Position numbers and translations under genes: made by a program. From NCBI GenBank assembly GCA_965178125.1, contig OZ237741.1, forward strand, positions 310,001 to 374,000: 64,000 nucleotides of DNA. The letters are read 5' to 3'. This DNA is from Bilabrum cf. latius (lineage: Eukaryota). The notes under the pieces were generated by a model, which was given only the letters and a program-made list of their open reading frames with translations, had not been told where the DNA came from and searched no databases. Below are positions 1 through 10,800 of the stretch, piece by piece. Within the stretch, counting starts at the first letter, position 1, and every line of letters starts with the position of its first letter.

Positions 1-401
1 GGGGCAGCAGGTGATAAGGCGGGTGGGGGTGCGGCAGCAGAGCTCTCCCCGGAAGACAAAGAGAAGCGAGCACGTGCCCTGGCGGAAGCAGCGGCAGCAG
101 AGGCGGCGATGGCCATGGCGGATGCTGGCGAGGCGCCCTTTGGCGCTGCGCACGCTTAGGTGGCATCGAGCGGCGACTTGGGCTCGCCTGTGGTGGGAGG
201 TGAGGGTACATGATGGGAGGTAGAGGGAGGCCGACGCGTTACCTGTAAAGGTGCCTGTCGAGCCCTCGGGGTGACGGATCCGCTCCATCATGCGCTGCAC
301 TGCCAGCTTCCGGTTCTGGCAGCGCGGATGCTGGGTGCGTGCATTATTTAGCGATCGATATGGGAACGATAGAAATAGCAGGCTTTACCATCACTGAGGA
401 G

Positions 402-1904
402 ATGGTTTTCTACTAGATCTTAATCGCTGCGTTTATACTTGTCGCCACTGCCGTGGTTTTCAAGATTTAGCAGCACAATGCGCTGCCGCAAGATGCCCGA
501 GCCGTCATGCAGCAGAACGAGGACCACGAGTAGAATGACGGTGTTGAAAACGCGCGTGGCGATCAAGACGACTGGAATGCCGAGCATGACAGCGACGAAG
601 ACGAAAGTGGCGAGGAGGACGATGGAGACGATGGAGACGATCGCGACAACGCTGCTGCACTGATGAACATGGGTCCCAGGGCCCGTGCAGCTGCATTGAG
701 AAGAAGGGAGCGGGCCCATCGGCGAGAGATGGTTCGCGACATGAGGCGCGCCATGGTAGAACGCAACAACGAGGCCGAGCGAATCCGGCTGCAGCGCATG
801 GAGGAGCGGGACGAAGAGCAGGAGGAGCAAGTTCGAGAGTAGCGAATCCAAGAGCGCGCCACAAGAGATGCGTAGGAACGCCGACTGTGGAGTGCTTTGG
901 AGGCACTGGGCCTGGAGCGCGCTGATTGCCTCACGTCGGTGGCAGCAGATGGCACCCTGCTGCACAGAGCCCCACCCCAGCAAAACGGCACCTAGCGATC
1001 GCACCAGCCGTCTGGTACTATTAGACCCCCGGGTCTACCCGGGGGTGGTTCCTATTCAGGGGTGAATCCACAGAGCCTCAGGCTGGGGGCAGTCGCCCTG
1101 GCGTCGCTTCGCAGCCGGCTGCAATCGACCAGTGTCGCCGGCAGCAGCAGCAGCAGCAGCAGCAGTCCTACTGGCAGTGGCAGTTCGAGTCTGGCTGGAA
1201 ATGGCAAAGCGCTGATTGACATCCCGGAGATAGCTGGCTGCTTGCTGCACGGCCACGGTGCCCCCGACAGCCTAGCTGCTGCCCTGTCAATCTCTTCAGG
1301 TCAGGTAAAAGCCGGGGTGGAAGTGGCAGCATCAGTCTCTAGTATTGGGCATGCAGGAGCTAGAGGGCTTGCAGCTGTCATTCGGAGCATGGCTGAGGGC
1401 GCGGAAGCGTTGATACATTCTGCAACAGACTAGGCTATCTCTGCCACAGGGTCGAGAGACAGACCAGAAAGTGCTGTTGAGCCAAGTCAAGCCGATGCCG
1501 CTACGAATCACTTCTCATCGCCAGCAGGCGCCTCCACTCGAAGTGCGGCTGGCACTGATGCTGGCACTTTCACCGGCTCACGGTCGATAGAAGCACAAAC
1601 ATTTCAAAGCCTTGGCTCCGAATGGCACGCCGTGCTTGCTGACGCACCAGTTGGTAGGCTAGTCGGCTGCACGCGAGCGGCGCTTCAGGCATGGCTTGCA
1701 ATGGAGCACCCCGGAAATGGCAGCTCAAGAGGCGATGCAACCAATGAGCTCTCAGTCAGTGCTGGGGCTGCAGGGAAGAAAGGTAAAGGGATTGTGATTC
1801 CTAGGTCTGGGATCGATGTTGACGCGGTGCATGAGTGGATGCTGCGCGATGCAACACCGGCAGTCGGGACCGATGCATCGGCAGTCGACCGACCACGTGA
1901 TTAA
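402..1904 (+). CDS. N-terminally membrane-anchored acidic/coiled-coil protein (~500 aa), weakly DDRGK1/UFBP1-like architecture; 7 in-frame TAG
   Basis: One frame from ATG 402 to TAA 1902-1904, interrupted only by TAG at 414, 468, 531, 840, 873, 993 and 1431. It starts MVFY*ILIAAFILVATAVVFKI*QHN (TM anchor), followed by a D/E tract and an E/R coiled coil. Track ORFs 1062 and 1632 are in this frame. Confidence 0.75.
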
Positions 1905-1957
1905 GTCGATGGCTATACCTGCAATCTTCTGTATCAACGGGTAAGCCCTTTTGAAAA

Positions 1958-3056
1958 TCACGCTTCCTCTTTCTTGGCTTCCCCAGACTTGTCGGCGGCA
2001 ACGTCTTCCGATGCCTTGCCCTCCTTGGCCCCTCCCGATGCGGCCCCCGCCCCAGAGGCAGCCCCCCCTTCCCCTTCCCCTTCTGCTTCTGCTTCACCCG
2101 CCTTGGTCGCAACAGCTGGCGACTTGCTGGACACCGTGGCGGGCAGCAGGTCCCGCAGAACCTTCATGAACTCTTCAGGCTCCTGCGCCCCGCTGAGGCA
2201 GACCTCCCTGTCGCTCCCCTCTGCACTCACGATGAAGTATGGCACCCCTTGGATGCGGTACTTCCGCATGTGCGAGTGCACTTCCTCGATGACCTTGTCC
2301 TCGTAGGAGCCAGTCAGCAGCACGTCCTCGCCCTCCTTGCGGGGCAGACCCGCCTCTTCCACCGCGTCCAGCAGCGTGGCTCTGTCGCCGAGGTTGCCCT
2401 TGCGCTCGAGGTAGACCCGGAAGAGAATCTCGGAGAGGCGGCACTGGGCCTCGGAGCCGTGCTTCTCCAGGGCCCAGGTCAGCAGCTGGTGGCCCATGGA
2501 GGTGTTCGCTGTCTTTCCACCCCAGTCAAAGTCGATTCCGACTGCGATCGATCAAGTCAGGCCAAAATGAATAGCAGCAGGGTGCCGACGCCACGGGGGC
2601 GCGGGGAAACACAGCAAATGTGTCAAGCAGGCAGTAACAGTGGTCAGCACCGGGTAGTTAGCGCAACAAGTCCGATACATTCTATTATGCATGCATATGG
2701 CATTTATGGGATCCCAGCTGCTCGCTTGTTAGAGCGGCCAAGGTGACTAGGCAGCCCATGACGAAGACAAAGTGCAACCCACCTGTTTTGCCTACTGAGG
2801 TCATGTATGGCAAGATCTGGGCTGTTCTCTCAGCTCCGAACTTTGCCTGATATCCTTTTAGCTTGTCCCTACCCTTGATCGGGAGCGTTGGGTCCAGGAA
2901 GAACGGAAACCATTTTATTTCGACCTCCTCCTTGCTTTTCAGGTACCCTTCCGTCACCGCTCGCTCGAGAGCAATATTCATCCTTCTCGACCCAACCAAG
3001 CACCAAGGACATATAATATCGCTTACTACTTTGACAAGCACGCGCCTCGATGCCAT
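1958..3056 (-). CDS. DSBA-like thioredoxin-fold oxidoreductase (FrnE family), 2 exons
   Basis: SDIICPWCLVG active-site motif and IQGVPYF cis-Pro loop. Exon 1 is 3056-2783, a GT-AG intron spans 2782-2542, and exon 2 is 2541-1958, giving GKTVGIDFDWGGKTANT. Ends in TGA; no TAG. Confidence 0.9.
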
Positions 3057-3216
3057 CCTGCCTCAAGCTTGTGCCACAGATGAAACTCTCGAGCTGATGC
3101 GACGTGGCATCGTCCACCGCATCCACATTTGATTCCGAACTGATCTAGGAACGTTCGTTTTTGCCTCAACGGCAAATTGTCCGAATTTGTATATTCAAGA
3201 AGACACAGAGCACGCC

Positions 3217-4474
3217 ATGAGTGGAGTGGAAGCGCGAATGTATGATGATGAGTCTGATCAAGCCAATGAGACTAATAATGTAGACTCAGGACGGATCGAA
3301 GGAAGCTCAAGTTGCGCATTGATCGAGAGCATTCGCCTTGGTGACTTGAAAGCCGTCCAAGAAGCACTTCTCGAGGAAGCAGTTGACATAAACGAAACAT
3401 GTATCGTGCGTGGTGTTAGAGTTGAGCATTATCGCTCGCATCCGCTGTTCGAAGCCTGCAGAACGAACGACGTCTCCATGGTTGAAACCATCCTCCGCCG
3501 CCCGGATTGCGACGTGAACGCGCCTGCAACCTCCGCGAAGATATCCTCACTGGCTGATGCTTGTAACCGTGGGGCAGATCGAATTGTAGAAGTGCTGCTC
3601 GATGATCCAAGAACCGATCCGTTTGCCGGCAGCAAGGTAAGGGCCATGCGCTGAGCTGCTTTCGGCCGAAAGCCATGAATATCGCAGCCAATTCTGATTA
3701 CGCCAATTCATCAACCGTGCTCGGCGCTCTTTCTCGCAGGATGTCTTGCTTCCGCTGTAGTTTGCCTGCATGCGGGGCTTCCTGCCAATCGTGGCGTTGT
3801 TTATCGAGCGAAAGTTCGTGCCGTTTGCCCACGAAATGCTCCTCTTGTCGGCGGCGCGCGATGCAGAGCAGCCCGCTGTGGAGCGCAAGCTCTACGAGTA
3901 TTTCCTGAGCCAGCGTGATCCCGACGGACTGCCTCCTCGGCTGCAGGTAGAACGTCTCTGGCTCGCATTCCACGAGGCAGACAGGGATGGGAGCGGGGCG
4001 CTGGAGCTTGCCGAGCTCAGGCCGCTGGCGGCGCGACTCGGCTGTCCACTAACTGAGCCAGAGCTGAGCGAGGCCATTCGAGCCCTGGACACGGACGGTG
4101 ACGGTACCGTGGACTTTGACGAGCTGGTGGCGTTCTGGCTGGGAGGTACCGAGGGGCTGGATCCGGAGGTGGTGGAGGCTGTAGAGCAGGTGAGGACAAC
4201 GGCACGGGAAACGGGTGGGATGACGAGAAAGAGGCCGCGGTCCGGGGCGGACGTTCTCGCGGCCACTGGGGCGACGTCTGGGGCGGTTGGGCAGGGGGTG
4301 GTTGGAAAGGAGGGGGAGAATGTGTCAGGTGCGGAGTGGGCCCCCGGGCAGGGCGGTTCGCCGGATCCCGCGGTCGTGGTTGAGACTGGGGTGGGTCCCA
4401 TGGCGGCCACTAGCGGGCAAGGCTTCAGGTCTACGCTTGCGGGGGCAAGGGCCCCTGACACGAACTACGGCTGA
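3217..4474 (+). CDS. Ankyrin-repeat protein with paired EF-hands, 2 exons
   Basis: Ankyrin repeats (HPLFEAC..DVSMVETIL...DVNA). Intron 3637-3739 (GTAAGG...CGCAG). Exon 2 starts DVLLPL*FACMRGFLPIV (TAG 3758). EF-hand loops DRDGSGALELAE and DTDGDGTVDFDE. Ends in TGA. Confidence 0.85.
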
Positions 4475-4496
4475 TCTGATCTGATCTGATCTGATC
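4471..4496. repeat. (CTGAT)5 microsatellite overlapping the stop codon of the ankyrin/EF-hand gene
   Basis: ctgatctgatctgatctgatctgatc read directly from the sequence. Confidence 0.9.
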
Positions 4497-4774
4497 ATGG
4501 GGCTGGATATTGGCCTATAGAATCGTGAGAGAAGGTGGCGTACTATGGCTAGAGAAGGTGGCCTACTGTGGCTGGTCAGGGTGTTGCAACAATGCTGTCG
4601 GCTCGGTATGCTTGGGTCGGTATTATACGTGCCTTCGATATCTGCAACTATTCTTGTTATGATCAACTGTGTTCTTGGTATATCACTTAATGCACTGGGC
4701 TGAGCTGAACCGTTCGGGACTTTGCTGTGCATGCCGAGCCCATGCGATGTTGGGCCTGGTCACTGGCCATGCCG

Positions 4775-6517
4775 TCAAGCGCGCCGATCAGCAGCTTTGT
4801 AGAGCTGCACCGCCACGAGCGCCGCAAACAAAGCACAGGCGAGCTGCACGGCACCGAGCATAGTGAGCGAGGACCCGGCGCGCGCGCCCGGCATGTTCTC
4901 CTGCGACTCCAAGCTCTCACTAGCCTGCGAGCTGCCCGGGGCAGCCTCGTCTGTGGCCCATTCTGGGATGGAGCCTTCAATCTAAGGGAAAATATCGGTT
5001 CCTGCGGCGGGTTCTGCCACACCACTCGGTACAGTTGTAGCATCGACGGTCTTTGTCGCGGTGTCGTCATCAGGTGTGGCCTCGTCGTGGACTGCAGCAT
5101 GCAGCGGCGACTGGGCATCCTGGCCCGCGGTGTCGTCATCAGGTGTGGCCTCGTCGTGGACTGCAGCATGCAGCGGCGACTGGGCATCCTGGCCCGCGGT
5201 GTCGTCATCAGGTGTGGCCTCGTCGTGGACTGCAGCATGCAGCGGCGACTGGGCATCCTGGCCTGCGGTGTCGTCATCAGGTGTGGCCTCGTCGTGGACT
5301 GCAGCATGCAGCGGCGACTGGGCATCCTGGCCCGCGGTGTCGTCATCAGGTGTGGCCTCGTCGTGGACTGCAGCATGCAGCGGCGACTGGGCATCCTGGC
5401 CCGCGGTGTCGTCATCAGGTGTGGCCTCGTCGTGGACTGCAGCATGCAGCGGCGACTGGGCATCCTGGCCCGCGGTGTCGTCATCAGGTGTGGCCTCGTC
5501 GTGGACTGCAGCATGCAGCGGCGACTGGGCATCCTGGCCTGCGGTGTCGTCATCAGGTGTGGCCTCGTCGTGGACTGCAGCATGCAGCGGCGACTGGGCA
5601 TCCTGGCCTGCGGTGTCGTCATCAGGTGTGGCCTCGTCGTGGACTGCAGCATGCAGCGGCGACTGGGCATCCTGGCCCGCGGTGTCGTCATCAGGTGTGG
5701 CCTCGTCGTGGACTGCAGCATGCAGCGGCGACTGGGCATCCTGGCCTGCGGTGTCGTCATCAGGTGTGGCCTCGTCGTGGACTGCAGCATGCAGCGGCGA
5801 CTGGGCATCCTGGCCTGCGGTGTCGTCATCAGGTGTGGCCTCGTCGTGGACTGCAGCATGCAGCGGCGACTGGGCATCCTGGCCTGCGGTGTCGTCATCA
5901 GGTGTGGCCTCGTCGTGGACTGCAGCATGCAGCGGCGCGAGGCTGCCATGATCGCCAACCAGCTGGTTTGCAAGGTCCACAGTAGCATACACAAGGTTGT
6001 CATGCATAGGTACCTGCTGGTCAGAAGCATCAGATGCATTTACTGTTGTGCAGTTAGATGTGCAGCCCAGCTCAACCTGCTCCTCCTCGTGGCCACGGTG
6101 CTGGTCCAGCGCTGGAACTGAGCAGTTTCCGGACATTCGAGCGTTTTGAATCACACTTGGCCCTGACAGACATCCTTTGGCTGCGAGGGGTGGATTGGAT
6201 CCGCTTGCTCCAGTTTGCCAACCTGGTTCATGCGGCCCACGTTGAAAGCTCCAGTCTCCCCAGCCATGACCAGTTGGCCTCCATGGACAGGTCATGCGAA
6301 CAGTATTCGTAGTGAATGGCAAATGAACCTGCTTCTGGTGCATCTAGGGGGGCATCGTGCCTCGGCTTGGGACGGATGGCACCGTAATGACACGTGTCTT
6401 CAAGTTGCGGTTGCCCACCCATGCAGCAACGGCGGTGCTGTGGCCCATGGCTACATTGGGAAGCCCCACAGATGCGGCCAGCACGATGCAATGCAGCATG
6501 CATTGAGCGGTCTTCAT
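4775..6517 (-). CDS. Putative cell-surface protein (~580 aa): signal peptide, acidic 23-aa tandem repeats, C-terminal TM helix
   Basis: Reading through TAG at 6344 and 4982 joins MKTAQCMLHCIVLAASVGLPNVAMG, the (SPLHAAVHDEATPDDDTAGQDAQ)n repeats and SLTMLGAVQLACALFAALVAVQLYK, ending at TGA 4775-4777. Confidence 0.75.
5058..5937. repeat. 69-bp coding tandem repeat, ~12.7 copies
   Basis: The unit recurs every 69 bp (5060, 5129, 5198 ... 5888). Copies differ only at one synonymous C/T position. Confidence 0.97.
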
Positions 6518-6770
6518 GGAATTGCTACTTCTGTGGCTCTCTACCACAAGCCTTTTTGATTGAGGTGTGTGTCGTGTCGGCAAAAACTGGCGGTAATTCG
6601 GAATCTTATTAAAACCTGGCTAAAGGCTAAACCGGAAGTCAAACAATCCATTGAATCAGCAAAAATGGCAGGAATCCAGACTTGCAGAATAAATCTGAGC
6701 TTTCCCCGGCTTACTACTGCACATTGATCCATGGAGGCAGCTGCCATGAAGATGGCTGGCATTCGATCCT

Positions 6771-7391
6771 TCAGGGTCTGCCTCTGCTGGACGCCATTGC
6801 TGCCTCCATGCCCATCACTAGAATAAAGGAGCAAACCATGACCGTGGCCAAACCAACTAGCGACATCTTATCGGTAGTCTCTGTCTCCTTCATGTTATCT
6901 GATGGCTTTTCAGGCTCCACTGCCTGCTCGGGCTCCACTGCCTGCTCGGGCTCCACTGCCTGCTCGGGCTCCACTGCCTGCTCGGGCTCCACTGCCTGCT
7001 CGGGCTCCTCTGCCTGCTCGGGCTCCTCTGCCTGCTCGGGCTCCACTGCCTGCTCGGGCTCCACTGCCTGCTCGGGCTCCACTGCCTGCTCGGGCTCCAC
7101 TGCCTGCTCGGGCTCCTCTGCCTGCTCGGGCTCCACTGCCTGCTCGGGCTCCACTGGCAGCTCAGGATTCACAGGCTGCTTGAACGCAGAGTCCTCATTG
7201 CCTGAACCCCCAGCAGGGTTGATATGCCCAAGCTTGTTGACTGCTTCACTCAGAGTATCATGCGCATCAGAAGCTGAAGGCTGGATTTCACCGGGTCGGC
7301 TCCCTCCTGTTGCAATTACCATAGCAATTAGACACAGTAGCACCAGTATCAATGTAGGTTTGCGGTTTTCACCACGGTAGAGCCGAACCAT
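6771..7391 (-). CDS. Small putative surface protein with (V/E)EPEQA hexapeptide repeats
   Basis: N-terminal hydrophobic stretch LILVLLCLIAMVIA, 13 EPEQA repeats, and C-terminal hydrophobic stretch LVGLATVMVCSFILVM. Ends in TGA. Confidence 0.75.
   Translation of the reverse strand: MVRLYRGENRKPTLILVLLCLIAMVIATGGSRPGEIQPSASDAHDTLSEAVNKLGHINPAGGSGNEDSAFKQPVNPELPVEPEQAVEPEQAEEPEQAVEPEQAVEPEQAVEPEQAVEPEQAEEPEQAEEPEQAVEPEQAVEPEQAVEPEQAVEPEQAVEPEKPSDNMKETETTDKMSLVGLATVMVCSFILVMGMEAAMASSRGRP
6912..7157. repeat. 18-bp coding tandem repeat, 13 full copies plus a partial copy
   Basis: gggctcc(a/t)ctgcctgctc repeated head to tail. Confidence 0.97.
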
Positions 7392-7815
7392 GACTGGGCC
7401 TGCGAACACAGGTTAGTGTACTGTTGAACCCACCGCTGGATCTGTGGACATTGCGGCGAAGTTGAGCACTCTGATACTTCGATCCTTCTCACAATATAAT
7501 CGATTGGCTTGGATTTGTTTGTTTGTACCTTATGTACTTTGCAAGATGTTTGCTGGTTGATTGCCGATTCGGGCAACGTGGCCAAAAACCAGTCCACAGA
7601 AGGGAGTTGCGTGTAGTACTAGGGCCTACTCGAAGGTTTGGCCGCCTGCAGGCCCGGTCCGGGCTGGCAGCGCCGGCGGTGGTCTAGGCTGCCTAGAGTG
7701 CCCCTGGTCAAGCTTCAGACTTCCCGAATCACAAGAACCGCATAGCTAACTAACTTCCAGCCTTTCCGCAATCGCAACAAGGCAGCAGTCGTCAAGTCAA
7801 ACAAAACTCTGCTGT

Positions 7816-10800
7816 TCACTCCTCGCCCGTGCCCTCGAATAGCTCAGAGAGCTCTGCGAGTAGCACGGCGGCTTGCGCGGCATTCAGGCCACGATTGGAA
7901 GAACCCCCATCCAGGTCACCAAGCATGGCATCGCTTTCCTCTTCAAAATCATCACCGTCCTCATCGTCCTCATCCTCACCTGCCGGCCCCTGCCCGCCAG
8001 GCCGCATCCATTTCGGAATTTCATGCAGCACGTCCTCCCTCACCTCCTCCCTCAAGCTGGCCACGTACTCCATCAACCGACTCGCTGAGACACCAAGTTC
8101 CCTCACACCGACGACAGAAGCGCGCCGGCTTCCCCCCCTACTGGACTTGCTTCGCTGCTGGTGTTGCTGCTGCTGCTCTAGTTGTGGGCGGCTCTGCACC
8201 CTCCGCCGTATGTCACACAGCGCGCCCGAAGGACAGCACAGGAGCCACGCAGCCGAGGTACACTCCCAGCACGATGCGCTGCTTCCCGACAACTCATCAA
8301 ACTGCCAGTCAGGCTGCATACGCCTCCTCCGATCACGGGACCCATGCCCAACCCCGCTGCCACCAATGCCGCCTCCCCAGCTACTGCCCCCTGAATCATG
8401 TGCCCGGAAGCAGCATGGCGCCACCAGGGATGCAGCTGCCATGCTGACGGGCGGCAGCGGGACCCGGCCCACCGAGTCCCTCAGTCGTGGCAGCCCAGCG
8501 GGGGATACGTGTTCCCTGGCCGCCACGAAGGATGACATGGGGTTGGCTTTGCGCTTGCGACGCACCGGTCCCGTTCCTGGATCCGTGCCTCCTTGGGCAC
8601 CTCCGTCACCATCGTCGCCATCGTCTGCGTCCTGCTCCCCGCCCGCCGCCTCAAACAGAGCCAGCTGCAGCTCGTTTCGCCTCGACTCGGCTGCGGTGTA
8701 CTCATACGATGAGACGATCACACCTTCCACGATGCTGGTCAGAATGAGCGTGACCCCGACATAGTAGAGGATGAAGTAAATCGAGCACCACCGCGAGGTC
8801 TGGTTCACTGCCGGGTACAGAATCTAGTTCCAGTTGTTTGAGGTGGCAATCTGGAACAGGGCGAGCAGAGCATACGGCAGACTGCGGAAGGTGTACACCT
8901 GGCCCTGACCCTCGTCGTCGTCGATGCCGGCATCATCGTCGCCCGTCACTGGCTCCAGCCCCCCCTTGACGTGCCCGAATAGGCGCAGCCCCACGAGCCC
9001 AAACGAGTATGTGACGGAGCAGTACAGAACCGTAAAGATCACGCTGGCACGCAGCACGCTGGACGAGGCCCTGGAGCCCGTGATGTTGTCGATGAAGCCA
9101 CGCAGTGACGGCACCACCACAACCAGGCGCAGCACCCTGAGCGCTCTGGACACCTCGAGCCAATCGACGTGCAGAGTGGACAGATGCTGCTTGGCACCGA
9201 GGAACAAGGCGACCGAGGCAGTGAGAGACCACACGAGAACGACGAAATCGAATGCGTGCCAGCCGGAGTTGGCCAGCCATCGCACAATGCCGCCGGTGGA
9301 AGCCACCCTCACCGCGACCTCAATCGCCTACAGCAGCAAAAACACCACAGCTGCAAGATCCATCATCGGGACCCCTTTGCCCCTGCACTCTTGGGACCAC
9401 CTGCCGTGCGATGCAAGGCACTTCTCGTAGTCCACCTGCTGTTGCACCGTCCAGCCACATGCAGTTACAGCAGAACCTACGGATATGGCCAGTGCAAAGT
9501 AAGGAAACCAGGGCGACCACACCACCTTGCGCGCAGCGGCCCGCAGCCGAGCGTGCCCCACCTGGCCGCTAGACCCACCCAGCATGCAGCACCAACCGAC
9601 CCCGTCCTGCTCGTTCCTGCGCGTGTGTTCCGTCCGGACTGCGTCTGCGCTGGCCCTCCCGGTCCCCTGCAGGCTGTGCTGCTCCACGGCGAGAGGCACC
9701 GACTGCTGCTTCGTCATGTCCAGCAAGGACGAGTCAATGTGCAAGGGCTGCCTGCCGGGAGACTGGGGTGCAGAGACGCCCATGCCGAGGCTTTGCTGAG
9801 GGTCGCCAGGGCCAGCTTCATTACCGGCGTTGTTCTCCTGCCGCTGGTACCGTCGCCCGCACACCTGCCAGCAGGGCACTGCCTGCATGCCCTGAGGAGC
9901 GATGCCCACGAACTGCGGAAAGGCTAGGAATTCCACCGCCGACAGCATCCCTTCCCCGCCCTGTCCATCCTCCACGTCGAGCGCTGCAAGGAGTGCCCTG
10001 GCCGCTCGCGGTCGCATCCCATGGCTCCTCCACAGCAGCTCCTCGAACACCGATCGCACGACAGGGTCGTCCACAGGAAGCACGCCTGCCTGCGAACACT
10101 CCCTCGCAAACGCAGCCTCCCTCCAGTCGCCCGGCAACCGCTGCCATTCTGAAGGGTCTTGATCTGGCTCGGTGAATCGCTCGAACGGCACAGAGGACCG
10201 TGTCTCCTGTTGGCTGCGGCGCCGATGAGTCTCCGCGCTTCTCTAGCGCTTGCCGGACTCCATCGGATGCCCGTCGGCAGACGAGTCCGAGTCTTCCTCG
10301 CGGATGTGCCTGCGTCCGACCGAGGAACTCCTGCCACCCAGCCTATGCTGCCGCAGCTGAAAAGCGTTCGGGGCCACCGGCATGCGGCTGAAGAACTGCG
10401 GTTTCCCTCGCTAGGCGGACTTCTCTGCCTCCCCAACGGCACGAGGCAGGTCGCTGGGAGGCAGCGGCACTGTGGTGCTCAAGCCCACCTGCCTGTGCTT
10501 GCGTCGCTCCACGAGGTATCCAGCTACCTTGAATGCTGCTACCAGAGGAAGGTAAGCCTTGACCCGTAGCCGTCTCCTAGATTTCTCTTGCACGTCGTTG
10601 TACAACTCGAACGTGATTGCCAGCAACAAAGGAATGATCACCCACAGAAAGACCCAAAGCGACGACACGAAGAACAGCACGGCCACCACGGGCCTAGCCG
10701 CGAAGGCCGGATAAAACACCGTGGGATACGACTCGGTGCTCGACAGGATGTTGATGGCCACCGCAGCGGCCCCGAACGAATCGAAGTTGTCGCCAGTCTT

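Noticed and set aside
1-345. Possible minus-strand gene start with a small GT-AG intron (about 188-242)
   Set aside because: I could not establish a consistent start codon, frame or product.
3755-3760. Alternative acceptor CTGTAG that would remove the TAG in the ankyrin gene
   Set aside because: It is in frame and possible, but it would delete the first helix of the ankyrin repeat and deviates from the CGCAG consensus. Not fully excluded.
5058-5937. 69-bp array as a CRISPR array
   Set aside because: There are no unique spacers or cas genes; it is a head-to-tail coding repeat in a eukaryotic context.
4687-6121. Alternative long ORFs over the 69-bp repeat in other frames and strands
   Set aside because: These are artefacts of a stop-free repeat; only the acidic minus-strand frame has a signal peptide and TM anchor.
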